This document shows, in pieces, positions 37,800 through 51,618 of a stretch of DNA of 64,000 bases. The DNA comes from Selaginella moellendorffii (taxonomy: Eukaryota > Plantae > Lycopodiophyta). Within the stretch, counting starts at the first letter, position 1, and every line of letters begins with the position of its first letter. A program made the position numbers and the translations under genes. The stretch covers positions 124,001 through 188,000 of the forward strand of contig NW_003314381.1 in the NCBI RefSeq assembly GCF_000143415.4. Reading direction: 5' to 3'. The notes under the pieces are model-generated. The model was not told where the DNA came from and did no database searches. It saw only the letters and a list, made by a program, of their open reading frames with translations.

Positions 37800-40156
37800 T
37801 TAGCACCACGAAGTCTAGGAAAAAAAAGAGAGAGAACTGCGTTAGGAATTTCCAGAGCTTACTTGGAGACTGGCAAGCATCTTCAGTGCCGCGTCTATCT
37901 TTGCAGATTTCCTCGGCTTCTCCTGCGAAGTTTCCACAAGTGATTCTTCTCCAAAAGTCACCCTTACTTCAGTCGTGGTCGCCTCTGTCCGGAAGAAACT
38001 GACTTTCATGCCTTGTCTCGCGCAAAGCTCCATAAGAATCCGCACAGGATGGAAACGCAGCGTCCCTGGAGTGACCAAAGGCGATAACAAAGGCAGCACC
38101 ACTCTCCACAACTTCTCCAAATCGAAGTTAGTGTCCACAAAGATGGCACCGGTTATGCTTTCAAGTAAGTCTCCAAGCACCTGAGAAAAGAGAGGCCAGA
38201 ATGTAGAGAAGACCACCGGAATATGTGTACGTACCTTTGGGGCCGACAAGTCTTCGAAGCATGACGCGTCTGGTTTTTCCTTCACGTTTTGCACGAACTT
38301 TCGGATCTCGCAGTCAAGTTCCACCGAGCCATGCTGAAGATGCTGATGTAAGCCGTGCCTCACAACCAGCCGAGCAAACCATTTGTTGTTCACGGCTGCA
38401 GACCGCAAGTCTGTGAGTGTTCCTGGAGGTAATCCTGGATGAGTCTCGAAGAGGTGGCGGGATACAAGGAAGTCCAGGACGCCATCGCCAAGGAACTCTA
38501 GCCGCTGTATTTGTTTTCGATTAGAAAAAAAGCCCAGCTGATAAACCAAGGAACTTACCTGATAGCAGAGCAAGCAGTTCGGTTGAGATGCGTGAGTTAT
38601 AGCTTCCACCAAGAGGCTCCTGTTTTGAAATTTATACTGCAGCTTATGCTCTAAAGACTCCAACGAGGCCTGGAGATGTTGAAACGATTCAGCCGGCAGG
38701 GAAGCTTGGCGAGCCGAGGCAAGCAAGCCTATGTCGAATTCTATGTCAATGCCGAGCTGTTTCATAAGCTCCATGGCGCTCGGAGGTCCAGACGTGGCCA
38801 AGTATGCACCGATAAGGGCCTCTACAACGTCGGCGAGAGCTTTCCTTCGAATCCCCCGATGGCCGTTGGCACACGATGAAAAATAATTTTCCTCGTTTTC
38901 ATAGCTCCCCTGCTGGTGCCTACATTTTGATGAATCAGAGGTAAGCATGCCCGGGCCAGTCCAGTTGGAAGGATTGAATTCTTCGTCGCGTATGTATTCC
39001 TGCAAGGCAACGTTGAACATTTACACTACAGGAAGAAAGATCGCGCATACCGCAATGCCAGATGATTTTGCCAACTGATGTAGCGCTGCATTACAAGTAG
39101 CGCGAGACCTTCTCGCACTGAGCTGGCCTTCGTGTTTCTTATCGTAGACCAGGAACAGCTTTTGAGTCACGACGTATTTGAGAAACGAGTCCCCTAGAAG
39201 CTCCAAACTCTCATATGAGAACTCTTCGTGACATTTTTTGCTGGTAATTGCTTCGAGGATCTGGAAAACCATCTCACCACTAAGATTCATTTTCAAGGAT
39301 AAAGATGAATACCTTCGCTGCAGGAATCCATGGCCACAGTGGTGAGCGCAACTGTATGGCACAGACGGTCGAAGTAAACTGGTGAAGAAACGAAGGGACG
39401 AAGTATAACGATCGAATTAGTCCGGACTTAATCTCTAGGCACAGGCACAACTCAGGTGGTAGCTCTACAAAACTTTCTTCTTGTCTAGAACCTGCAACAT
39501 AAACTCCGACACTATAAATTGTAATTTCTAAGCAAATATCGAGTTTTCACCATGATCTTCCTTGGGTCTTATGAGGAGATTATGAAAAGCATGCGTTGGC
39601 TTGGCTTTCAGCAATGGCTGATCTGGAAGCCGTAACGTCCTTTGATACCTGCAAAAACGTGAGCTTGGTGAGAGAAGGTAGGCACAGGCTGCGATAGACG
39701 CTCACTTGTCTTTGTAATAATCTATGTACGTGAAGCCCCTCTTCGGTAGTAGTGATGCCGCAGTAAAATTCTCTAGAACCCCTGTGACACAGAAAAGCCT
39801 GCCATTGTGCACGGTAGCTACGACCATGTCCTGGAGCGCAGAAGAATGTACGTAGCCATTAGCAGTGCAGAGCATGTCCGCGTGCGTCTTCTCCCCCACA
39901 CCATCCCCATCTATTGGAGAAGATGGTGAGAAATTACTACAAAGTGTCCTGTATACCCCCGCAGTCGCATGAACACTCGTCCAATCAATACTGTCGTTGT
40001 CATCATGCACAGGTAGCAGAAGAAACGCTTGAGATTTGTTCCAGAGGATTTCTTGAGGACTTCCCGAGCAGCGTGCCAAACGGTTGAAAGCTCCGTTGAG
40101 CAGTAGCTCTTGATATGCCTTGGCTGCCTTTACCTGTATCAGAAGAAAGACGTGCC
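37800..40156 (-). pseudogene. DCL3: Dicer-like copy 2, 5'-truncated: PAZ, RNase IIIa, RNase IIIb and dsRBD only
   Basis: Near-identical to 12921-15276. Breaks inside an intron at 40156 and joins the next unit. The retained exons show no stops. Confidence 0.82.
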
Positions 40157-43100
40157 GTGATAAACATTAAGTGTACAATTTAAGGGTTTATTTATCCAGT
40201 TTTACAACTATCTGTCTGTGTATTCTCTTGATTCACTTGAAACAAATGTCCTTCTTAGATGATACATGACTACCTGTAGCCCAAAAATTCTCCACCAGGC
40301 CCTTTGTCAATTGCGGTACTCAATCACTCCTTTGCTTATGACCATCTAGTGCCTATCTACAAGTTATGATCCTTATCATCTTCCTCCTTGCTCATGCAGC
40401 TGGTAGGTTTCTTCTATGAATCCCAAGAACATTTGCAAGAGTAGTGTTTGGAATGTTGTCACCACCAATGATCATGGAAAGAATTGCTCTCTTTGCAACT
40501 AGATGATCACATGAACGTGCTTTCTTCATTAGTTGAGGTGATTGATGAATGTTGACGCACATTTTCTTCTTAGAGTTGCTTGTCAAAAAATTTTCTAGTA
40601 GACTAATTATTGGGCAAATCACTTGGTTGTGGCACACTAGAAAGCTATTAATGATCAATGCTTTTGTATATGAATCATCCTTGCAAGTGATGTCAAACAA
40701 GTCCCCTATACCTTTGGCCTTTCTTCTTACTTTTATCATACTCATATACTCGTGATGAAGTATTCCCGGCTTGATATAGGTGATCTTTGGTTTTATCATG
40801 ATCACTTGAAATAGTGGCCATCCTGAAGACAAATTAAGAACTTTGGTTAGATATGAAAGTAACTAGAAAAAATACTATAAATATCTTACTAGATATGTGT
40901 TGTTGCTTGTTGGTGCTTCTAGTTGCTGTTGCACCTCTTGCTTATTGCTGCTACTAAGCTCACTGGCCTGGAAGGAGTTAGGCTGTCGGGCATGATCCAG
41001 CTACTACTTGATAGGCACGATCTTATTGCTGCTAACTAATTGCTACTAGTGTTAATGCTTGGCCAGTTGCTCCCTTGGTTGTTGCTACTACTGCAAATTG
41101 CTGCCACCGCTGCTTGCTATCCACTGCTACTGCTTCTTGCTGCCCTTGCCATTGGTGCTACTAGTGTTGCTACTTGTTGTTGCTGCTGCTTTTTCTTGCT
41201 ACTGCTGCCATTGTTGGTGTTGCTGCTTGCTGGCCACCGCTGTTGCTGTTGGTGCTATTTCTTGCTTGCCATCAATGCCACTATTGCATATTGTTGCCCC
41301 TACTGCTGTTGCTGTTGGTCCTGCTCTTTGTCACTAGTGCTGCTGTTGGTGCTACTAGTGCTGTTGCTTACTACCAATACTGCTTTGCTTGTCACAGCCG
41401 CTACTATTGGTGTTGCTACTGGTGCTGGTGCTGCTCCTTGCTACCATCGCTATTGCTAGTGTTGATGCTTGCCCCACTGTTGCTGCTACTTGCTTCTTTC
41501 TACTGTTGCCTCGATCACACACTAAGATGCTCCATTCTAAACCATATCCGAATCAATCCACAAATGTAAGCAAGGTGATGGTAAGTAGGAGGAGGGGAGA
41601 AGAGGAGGATTGGGAAGATTAGCACTGCAAGCTGCCCCATGACAATGCTCCACACCTTCCATGTTCATAAGCGATAATCCAAGGAATTCCCAAGTTAGAC
41701 TCTTTATGTTATTAACATTTGTAGTTTTTTATTTTTTCTTTCATTTCTCATCATACTTTAATTTATGTATGAGGGTCTTTAGTAGAGCATTAATCTTTGT
41801 TAATTGCCCATCTAATTGAGTATTGAATAACAAACCTCATTTTTATATTCATATTTGGAGGTTTCTTTACTAAAATCCTCCTCATGTGAAGATTCTTTAT
41901 CAATTGATTCTTATTTAATTGAAAGCTCCATCTTTATAAGCAATTTAATATTAGTCTTTTCTCATTTATGCTTTATTTTAGCCATCTTCTAATAATTTAC
42001 CTTTATCCTTCATTATAACTAATCAAATGGCTTTGATACCAAATTGTAAACTATAATTTCTTTTTTTCAATTTATCACCTGACCACCTTTGCATTAGCTA
42101 TAGCTAAGTTACATTATTAAGATCCACTTCTATTGTATTAGTTTTTATTTAGTTATGTCTGGTTTTAATAACTCACTACACAAGCAACTGAGTGTTAGTC
42201 ATCTCTTCATAGATTCCACTCTATCTAAAACATTTGATTCTCTTTTGAAGTATCTTTTGAACATTTCCTTAAAAGGCCTCCCTAGCAAGTCTAGCAAATG
42301 TTCGGAACATATTTAAAAGCTGAAGTTGGTGGTAAAGATGCTTTGAAGTCACTCTTAAAAAGAAACTCATGAAAGATCATGGTAGAAAGTTCTCTTAGTT
42401 GGCTACAAAGTGGCAAACCTAAGGAAAAAAGAGAGGCCTCAAAAATCATAATCTTTAACATGTGTTCCACAAAAGCATCTTGCAAGAGTTAAGTCTCCTA
42501 GAGCTCGCAAGAGGGCAGAGAAGTTCTTAACTTTCCATCAAGCCCATGCCCCCATCCATCACATAAGGTCGTAGGATAACCTTACAGTTTTGAGGCCTAG
42601 GTCATGATCGGACATTAGGATGCCCTCCATATAAATGTGGAGCCTCATTGGGTGGTATAAATTTTCTACTCACTATTATAGTGCATGACCCACTCAAGTG
42701 CCAGAGCAACATAACACTTCATCTTTGTGTAAGCGACTAATTTTTCCATTCTACTTTAGTCATTTAACTACACCTCCGACCATTCGGAGGAGTCTCATTC
42801 ACAACCTCTATAAGTCCTTTTCTTGGACTTAGGCTTGCTAGTCCCGAGAATGGCATCCCCACCACTCAACTTTTGCACTTGGTTCGAGTGCTCCACATGT
42901 CCGATCCCATTACCGACACCCCAAGGTACCATCGACATATCAGCCTATTACACTAAGGCCATGCCCCTTCACCTTGGTCACACCGGTGGTCTAACACCAC
43001 CGCATCACAGTCCCATCTCTCAAAGACTGAGCCATCCATCCATGAGTGATCATCCCCAATCCACTCCTTAGCATCCTTAGGATGCCCACAGATATGGGGA

Positions 43101-43808
43101 TTAGCCTTCCCCAATATCCCTTTTTTAGTCCCCACCAAGTCCTTTTTCGTCCATGGCCGTGTTCACCAACACTGCCACTGGATCAAGGCCCACATGCCCG
43201 ACCACTAAGTCCCTCGGTCCTTTGGGACTACCTCCTCACATGACCGTATCCTTGGTCTCTACACTAGAGGACGACTCTTCCTCCTTTTCACAGTCTGGGA
43301 CTTTGGGGTAACATTTCGGAACTGTCAGGAATCCCCCAATTCTTGCCACATTCCTGACTCTTGCCAGATTCCTGACCTGCAGACCACATTCCTGACTCTC
43401 GAGACACTTCCCTATTCCTGACTCTCGAGACACTTTCCTATTCCTGACTCTCGAGACACTTCCCGATTCCTGAGTCTCGAGCCACATTCCTGATGATGAT
43501 GTGGCGCCTCCTCGACCTCAGCTGTATTTAGGCCGTCCTCGATCCAAGAGTGGTGGAGCTTCATCAACCTATAGTATATATAGGTTAGCCTTGTTCCATT
43601 TCTCCACAATCTGAATCAACGCCAGTCTAAGGCCTTTTCTTTGTTTCCACTAGCTTTTCTCTTTGTCTTTTTGCATTTTCCAATCTTGATCTTGTCAGGG
43701 GTCTTGACAGTTTGATTCAGATTGTGTTTTTTCGTTTTTTGATTTAGCTCGTTTTGATTGTTTGATTACCTTTGCCTTTTTTTCCCCCTTTTTCCTTTCT
43801 TCTTGCCA

Positions 43809-44780
43809 ATGGAGCCTCCAAGCCATCCTGATTTCTTTGCTGAAGTCCTTGCAAAAATCCAGTCTGAGAATACCGAGCTGAAGGCGACCCTTCTTCGCAT
43901 GCAGCAGGAGCTTGCTTCACTTTCGGCTCAAGGATCCAGCAAAGTTCCTGAACCGAAGGTGAGCTTCCCGGCGAAATTTTCAGGCAAGCGTTCGGAGCTT
44001 CGCGGATTCCTGAACCAGATGGAGTTGATCTTCGCACTTCAACATCGGTGGTACCCTACTCCCGAGTCTCAAATCGGCGCGATTGGGACGTTGCTCGAAG
44101 GTGCAGCTTTGTCATGGTTTTCTCCTCTTCTGGAGAAGAGCATGAAAGGGGTCGTGGTTCCAGAGCTGATGGATCTTCAATTGTTCAAAGAGAAGCTCGA
44201 AGCATGTTTTGGCGAGACGGATCGGGTTCGGGCTGCTACCACAAAGATGAGACGTCTCTCTCAGGGGTCTCGTCTTGCCTCGATCTACGCTACAAAGTTC
44301 CAACTCCTTACTTTGGACACTCAGTGGGATGAGTGGGCCCTGATTGATCAATTTCGTTTCGGCCTCAACAACGGTGTCAAGGATTTGCTGCTCACCATGG
44401 AGGATCCCAAGGACCTGTCGGATGCCATCAACAAAGCTGTTCGATGTGACAATCGTCTCTTTGAACGTCGTCAGGAAAGTCGCCGCGCCGCTGTTTTTCC
44501 GTCCTAGACTCAGGAATCCCAGCTTGAGTCTTCGGGGCATACTCTTGAACCTACTGCTCCGGTTCCGATGGATATTTCTGGTACTCCCCGACTCATTAGA
44601 GGGAAGTTGAGTCCTGCTGAGAAGCAACGTCGAATATCTCATAATCTTTGCCTCTATTGTGCTGATCCTAATCACAAAGTAGCTGTATGTCCCAAGAAGC
44701 CTCCTCGACTGCTCGAGTTCACTCTGCCTCAAAGTCCACCTCTATTGCAGTCGGGAAACGACCCTGTCCAAACAGAGTAG
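43809..44780 (+). pseudogene. gag: gag (capsid plus CCHC knuckle) with an in-frame stop at 44505-44507
   Basis: PAKFSGKRSELRGFLNQ, LIDQFRFGL, PVPMDI, CLYCADPNHKVAVC. Confidence 0.88.
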
Positions 44781-47700
44781 GAGCTGTCTGTTTGGACTCC
44801 CCGAATAAAAATCACTTTTCTTCTTTGTCAAGCTCCCCTCACCACCTTTCATCAAAGCCACCACCAATTCCCGCAACTTCCGCGTCCCATGTCTCCTTTC
44901 TTTCACCGGACAATCAGGACTCAAGGCTCTGGCATTACTGGACTCGGGTGCAACTTCTTGCTTCATGGACACGGACTTTGCTGCCCGACATCACGTTCCT
45001 CTTTCTCCTACCATACGGGATTTGAGGGTTGAAGGCATCGGCGGGCATTTTGTGTCTCCATCTTCTGGACTTAGGGAAACGTTGCCCGTTCGAGTACACA
45101 TTGGGTCCACCGTCACCGATATCGCCTTCAACATCATCAACAGCAAGTCCTCCTCTGTGGTGCTCGGTCTTCCTTGGTTCCAACTACATCAGCCTCAGAT
45201 CTATTGGAAGGAATTACAGCTCATCTCTCCCACGGCTTCCCCTGCTGTTCATCGAGTCCGAATCAGGAAAAGTTCCCTAAACTCAAATTGGGGTTCTGTT
45301 CCTGACTCTATAAAGTTTTCACCCTCTTCTTTTTCCTCTCTTCCATCTTACACTGGACCGTATCCTCGTCTCATCATTCCATTTAGTCGTACGCCTCCTC
45401 CTATCTCCACAATCACTATGAAAGAACTCCTTCATGAAGAACCTCTTTTTCTTTTTGCTTTGCATGTTTCTCCTGTCAGTCTTCCTGAGAAGTATCATGA
45501 TTTTGGGGATGTGTTTAACAAGAAAAAAGCTAGTGTACTGCCTGTTCATCGGCCTTATGATTGTCCCATTGATTTACAGGAAGGAGCGTCACCTCCGTGG
45601 GGGCCTATCTATGGGTTATCCCCGTCCGAGCTTAAGGCCCTCAAAGAGTACGTGGATGAGAACCTTGCCTCGGGCTACATTCAGCATTCACAGTCCCCGG
45701 CTGGAGCGCCTGTCTTCTTTGTCAAGAAGAAGGATGGGAGCTTGCGGCTAGTCATCGACTACCGAGGTTTGAACAAGGTGACTGTTCGGAACCGTTATCC
45801 GCTGCCCTTGATCTCGGACCTGTTGGAACGCCTCGGCGGTGCCCGCTTCTTCACCAAGATCGACCTCCGTGGAGCATACAACCTGATCCAGATCCGGCCT
45901 GGTGATGAATGGAAGACTGCGTTCCGAACCCGCTATGGCCACTTTGAGTACACTGTCATGCCATTTGGCTTGACAAATGCTCCAACAGTTTTCCAACACA
46001 TGGCGAACGACGTCTTTCGGGAGTTTCTTGATCAGATGGTGATCGTCTATCTCGATGACATCCTCATCTACTCAAAAACTCAGGAGGAGCATGACGAACA
46101 TGTTCGCAAGGTGCTAGCGAAGCTGCGAGAACACGGCCTATACGCGAAGCTTGAGAAATGTTCCTTTGATCAGCAGTCTGTGGAGTTCCTTGGGTACATT
46201 GTCACTCCTGAGGGTATCACGATGGATCCTGCCAAAGTCAAGACTATTCTCGAATGGGAGCCTCCACAATCAATGTCGGACGTTCAGGTTTTCCTTGGCT
46301 TCGCCAACTTCTACCGCAAATTCATTGATCACTACTCTGACATTGTCCTTCCTCTCACACATCTCACTCGCAAGGATGTTCCCTTCTCTTGGTCTGCTGC
46401 TGCCCAGCAGGCCTTCGACACACTCAAGGCGGCCTTCAGTTCTGCTCCTGTCTTGATCCATGCTGATTCCTCACAAACTTTCTTCATCGAGGCTGACGCC
46501 TCTGACTTTGCCATTGGTGCTGTGCTGTCTCAACTCGGAGCGGATCACGAACTTCATCCGGTCGCTTTCCATTCTCGGAAATTCCAGCCTGCGGAGATCA
46601 ATTACGAAATCCACGACAAGGAGCTCCTTGCCATCGTGGATTCCTTTGGAGAGTGGCGCCGTTTCTTGGAGGGGGCGAGCCATCAAACAATAGTCTGGAC
46701 AGATCACAAAAATCTCGAGTACTTTGCCACTTCCCGAGTTTTAAGCCGTCGTCAAGCAAGGTGGGCACAATTCCTGAGTCGGTTTGACTTTGTTATCAAG
46801 TACAGACCTGGAAAGTTTCAAGGCCTTCCTGATGCTCTTTCAAGGCACTCCTATCTCAGTCTCATGCCTGGTAATCCTGCCTTCGATCAACAGGATCAAG
46901 TTATCCTCGGTCCTGATCGGCTTCAAGTTATGGCAATTTCCCTGGCCCCTCAGGACTCCTCCTTGATGGATGCAATCAGAAATGATCTTCAATCCGATGA
47001 TCTCGCTAGCGACATTTTCCCCCATCTTCAGGCTGGACACCCAGTGACTCCCGACTGCCGGCGATTTGACGAATTCGAGTTCTTAGATGGCTTATTGTAC
47101 CGTGGGGAGCAGCTTTACGTTCCTGAAGGTGATGCTCGAAGGTTGGTCCTGATGGCATGCCACGATAGCCCGACTACTAGTCACTTCGGCATTGCGAAAA
47201 CCTATGAGCTAGTTGCACGGGACTTTTGGTGGCCTCACATGGACGACTACATCAAAGCTTTTGTTACCTCCTGTGACACTTGTGCCCGGAATAAGGTACC
47301 TCGCCACCTTCCTTCAGGTTTGCTTCATTCCCTTCCGGTCCCTTCAGGTCCTTGGGAATCCATCTCCATGGATTTCTTGAGTGATCTTCCGAGTTCTGGA
47401 GGCTTCAACAGCATTTTAGTCGTGGTGGATCGCTTCACAAAGATGGCGCACTTCTTGCCATGTACCAAGGAGTTTTCAGGCGAGGACATGGCAAAACTGG
47501 TATTCAGGGAAATTTTCCGACTTCATGGGATTCCTACAGATGTGGTTTCGGATCGGGGGCCTCAGTTCATCTCTCATTTTTGGCAACAGTTTTTGCAGCT
47601 GCTTGGAGTGAAGGCCAACCTCTCTTCGGCATATCATCCTCAAACTGATGGGCAGTCCGAGTGAATGATTCAGACGTTTGAACAATTCTTGAGGTGCTTC

Positions 47701-48513
47701 ATCAACTATCATCAGGATAACTGGTTCGATATCCTTCCCCTTGCTGAGTTCTCCTATAACAACGCTGTTCACTCCTCTCTTCGAGTTTCCCCCTTCTTTG
47801 CGAACTCTGGCCGAAATCCCCGATTCAATCTCTCACTTCCTTCTCCATCTGAATCCTCTCGTTCAAATCCCCGCTCTGAGGCATTTATCTCCAACCTCCA
47901 GGAAACCCACAACTCCATCTCCTTCCACCTCCATCGTGCTCAGGAATCTCACAAAACATTTGCCAATGTCCATCGTCAGGATTGTCCCCCTTACAATATC
48001 GGGGATAACGTCTGGCTCCTCAAACGAAATATCTCCACCACCAGGCCCTGCCCAAAACTCAATTTTAAATGCCTTGGTCCTTTCCCTATCACTGCCATCA
48101 TTAATCCTGTCACTTATCGCCTTGCACTTCCCTCCTCATATCAAATTCACCCCGTTTTTCACTCCTCTCTCCTTGAGCCTTATATTCCCAGTCCTATTCC
48201 AAATCGGGTCATTCCTCCGCCTCCACCAGTGCAGCTCGAGGATGGGTCTGAGTACGAGGTTCAGGACATCCCTGATTCCAAGATTTCACGGTCTAAACTC
48301 TACTATCTGGTGGACTGGAAGGGTTACGAACCTGAGGAACGCACTTGGGAACCTGCAGACAACCTGCTTCATTCTCCTGACCTTGTTCAGGACTTCCACC
48401 ACCGCTATCCTTCTCGTCCCAGTCCTCATTCTTTTTCTCCATCTCCCATCCCTCGCCGCTCATCTCATCCTCCTCTTCGTTCTTGTTCACATCCTCGTTC
48501 CACTCGTTCTTGA
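44753..48513 (+). pseudogene. pol: pol (protease, RT, RNase H, integrase, chromodomain) with one frameshift and one stop (47662-47664)
   Basis: LLDSGAT, YLDD, ADASD, HHCC/DDE integrase, GPF module and chromodomain EYEV...YLVDWKGY...TWEP. Confidence 0.93.
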
Positions 48514-51500
48514 GGAGGGGGTGCTGTCAGGAATCCCCCAATTCTTGCCACATTCCTGACTCTCGCTAGATTCCTGACCTGCAAACCACATTCCTGACTC
48601 TCGAGACACTTCCCTATTCCTGACTCTCGAGACACTTTCCTATTCCTGACTCTCGAGACACTTCCCGATTCCTGAGTCTCAAGCCACATTCCTGATGATG
48701 ATGTGGCGCCTCCTCGACCTCAGCTGTATTTAGGCCGTCCTCGATCCAAGAGTGGTGGAGCTTCATCAACCTATAATATATATAGGTTAGCCTTGTTCCA
48801 TTTCTCCACAATCTGAATCAACGCCAGTCTAAGGCCTTTTCTTTGTTTCCACTAGCTTTTCTCTTTGTCTTTTTGCATTTTCCAATCTTGATCTTGTCAG
48901 GGGTCTTGACAGGAACACCGCGGCCTTACGCGAGCCTTGTGGGTACTCTCCCCGCCTTCTGCCTTTAGGTGCTCTAGCCATGGGCTTAGAGCAAGGTTCC
49001 ATTGAGCCACGCCAGGTATCCAAGTAGGTAGTGCCAACCACACTTGGACTGGGAGCATCAGCCAGTCGATCTCCCAGGGGAACTAGAGCTGGCTCTTGAA
49101 CACTTCACCAAGCTACCCCGCTTGTCGATCCATATTCACTTTAGTCTTGGACTTCCTAGTGGGCAGCTCATCACCCAACACTAGGTACAGCCTTCCTGGG
49201 CCAAACTAGCCTTTCCTGGCCAAACTGGCTCCATTGCAGTCCTCCCCATTACTATACTTTTGGAGTTCACCAAACCCCCCAGGGTCTGGGAGACGAACGC
49301 TTTGGGCTTTCACCCTCTTAGACTCGAACTCGGACTTGGACTCGGACTCAGACTTGGGCTCGGGCTCGGTCTCGGCCTCAGCCTTGGTCTCGGTCTCGGT
49401 CCTGATCTCAGTCTCGGTCCCGGTCTCAGTCTCGGTCTCAACCTCAGACTCCATCTCGGGTCCTTCTCGGACTCCATTTCGGATTCCATCTCGGGTCCAT
49501 CTCGGACTCCATCTCGGACTTCGTCTCGGTCCATCTCGGACTCCATCTCAGACTCCATCTTGGGTCCATCTCGGACTCCATCTCGGGTCCATCTCGGATC
49601 CCTCTTGAACTCCATCTCGGACTCCGTCTCGGTCCATCTCGGACTCCATCTCGAACTTCGTCTCGGTCCATCTCGGACTTTGTCTCGGACTCCATCTCGG
49701 ACTCCAACTCTGGTCCATCTCGGACTCCATCTCGGACTCCACCTCAGACTCCAACTTGGGTTCATCTCGGACTCCATCTTGGACTCCATCTCGGACTCCA
49801 ACTCGGGTCCTTTTTTGGAGCCTCGCTTATTGCTCACTTCGTGCTTGTTCCTCGAGCCCATTTTTGGGAGTTCCACTCCCGCTCTCAACCTTTCAAGTCG
49901 GAGCTTTTAGTCCAAACGTGTTACATTCATTTAGCTTTCGCTTCAGCCACTACCACGTAGCACCCTTTCGGCTCCACTTTGGGGCCTAAGGATTTTGTGT
50001 CTCACACTTTGTACATCTAGTTCTTGATGTCCTGAGAATGCTCTACTACTATGTTCTCATAAGTTGAGATGGGGTAGTACATGCCCACACTGGGAACAGC
50101 TAAGAGAGAAGGTTTTTCAGCTAGCATGCACACTTTTAATGCCTAATTGATGCACAAAAGCCACAAAATGACTCCTGATGACCACAAAAAAAGGTGGAGG
50201 CATAGCACTGTAAGGCCTTCTCAACATTTGCCTCACGACCTCCCTATTGGGCAAATGTGGTGAAAGTGGCTGGCTCTAGAGGAATTGTGCATGTCTTCAA
50301 CTATGCATTGCCAACACCCCATGATCTAAGACATTGGCTGCAGCCATGCATCACAGTAAGTAGAGGAGAGACATTGCCAGATTGCCTCTCCTAGATTGCC
50401 CGGTGCGCACCTCCCCATCCCCCTAATCCCGAAGGGAATAGCTCCTCTAACCTAATTGTGCTTCAGTTGGAAAGTCAAGTAGCAAAAACGAGCCAGATGT
50501 TCACTCCCAAATGACAAGAGTGAGAGACATAATAGAGACGATAAGAGACAATGTACTGTAACCAAGTGGAACTGGAGCAACAACTTCAAGGACACAGGTG
50601 CAATGCACTCATAATTTGTTGGTACTGCTTTCTTGGCTGGATCTCTACAGGCTGCTGCTGCTCTGTTTACCAAGCTTACAGATCATAGCCCGGTCAATTA
50701 CTTGTCCGGCTTGGGCCTGCTTTGCTCGCTGAAAAGGACATCTTTGACGAGGTGTTTGAACTGGCCAAAGAGTACTTTAATTAGGGAGACCCAACATCAC
50801 ATACACTTGAGATTCTAAACCTAAGAGTTTATTTTGTCTACAACCAAGTGACCAAAGAGTTTTGTCTGAAATTCTTCCTCTGAAATATATTTTTTGCAGC
50901 AGCGCCTACACCAAGCAAGAGCTCCTCGCGCATCACATGGGCAACGTGGGAGTAAACATGGAAGTTCTCATGGATTGCCGCAACACCCTCTTTGCGAAAG
51001 GCCTTACATCACTGGGCACAGCCTTGGAGGAGCTCTGGCGGTGGTGTTTTGGACGCCATGAGGTGGACGAAATTTTGGTTCTTAACTCAATGTACTCTGA
51101 AACGGAGATTGATATCGTCAAAGGGAACCTGCAGACAATGTAAACTCCGCATAGGGTTCAAAGCTTTGTTTTTCTGCGAGTGCTGTCGCTGTTGCTCGCG
51201 AGCCCTAGAATTTATCAAACTGTCAAAATTTGCTGCAGTGGGTATTTTCGTTGAGACATGGCTTTGGTGTTTTGTTCCTTGCAGATCATAGCCCTGAATG
51301 CCGTCCGGCTTGGGCTCGGCATCTTTGACGATGGCCAAAGAGTTCTTTAATTATGAAGACCCAACACACTTTTCTTGGTTCTGTTATCATAAAAATTAAG
51401 ACTTTGCTTTTCAAAAGTAAAGAGTTTTGCCTGAAATTCTTCCTTTGAAATATTTCTAACTTTTTAATGAGTTAATAATAATTTTATTCAGTGAATATTA

Positions 51501-51618
51501 CCAATAGATCCTTCTCCTTGTATATTTCTTGGCGGGTGCAGAAAGACTTGAATAGTCAGTCATACCCGGGCATTATATAGCTTACACAGCCCTGGAAAAA
51601 CATAGAAGAAGATCCATC

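Larger units (their letters stand above)
43323..48911 (+). mobile_element. Full-length Ty3/gypsy chromovirus (Tcn1/Tf1-sushi-like)
   Basis: 387-bp LTRs at 43323-43709 and 48525-48911 (about 5 transitions apart), TSD GGAAC, PPT GAGGAGGGGG, and gag-PR-RT-RH-IN-chromodomain order. Confidence 0.97.
42728..50006 (-). mobile_element. Solo LTR of family B (~1685 bp) interrupted by a chromovirus
   Basis: TGTAAG...TCACA ends and TSD CTTTG (42723-42727, 50007-50011). Empty site in unit 1 at ~9680. Colinear with 29180-30881. Confidence 0.9.

Noticed and set aside
44505-44507. Programmed stop-codon readthrough in gag
   Set aside because: It lies before the CCHC knuckle and is best explained as a CAG>TAG mutation, like the CGA>TGA change in integrase.
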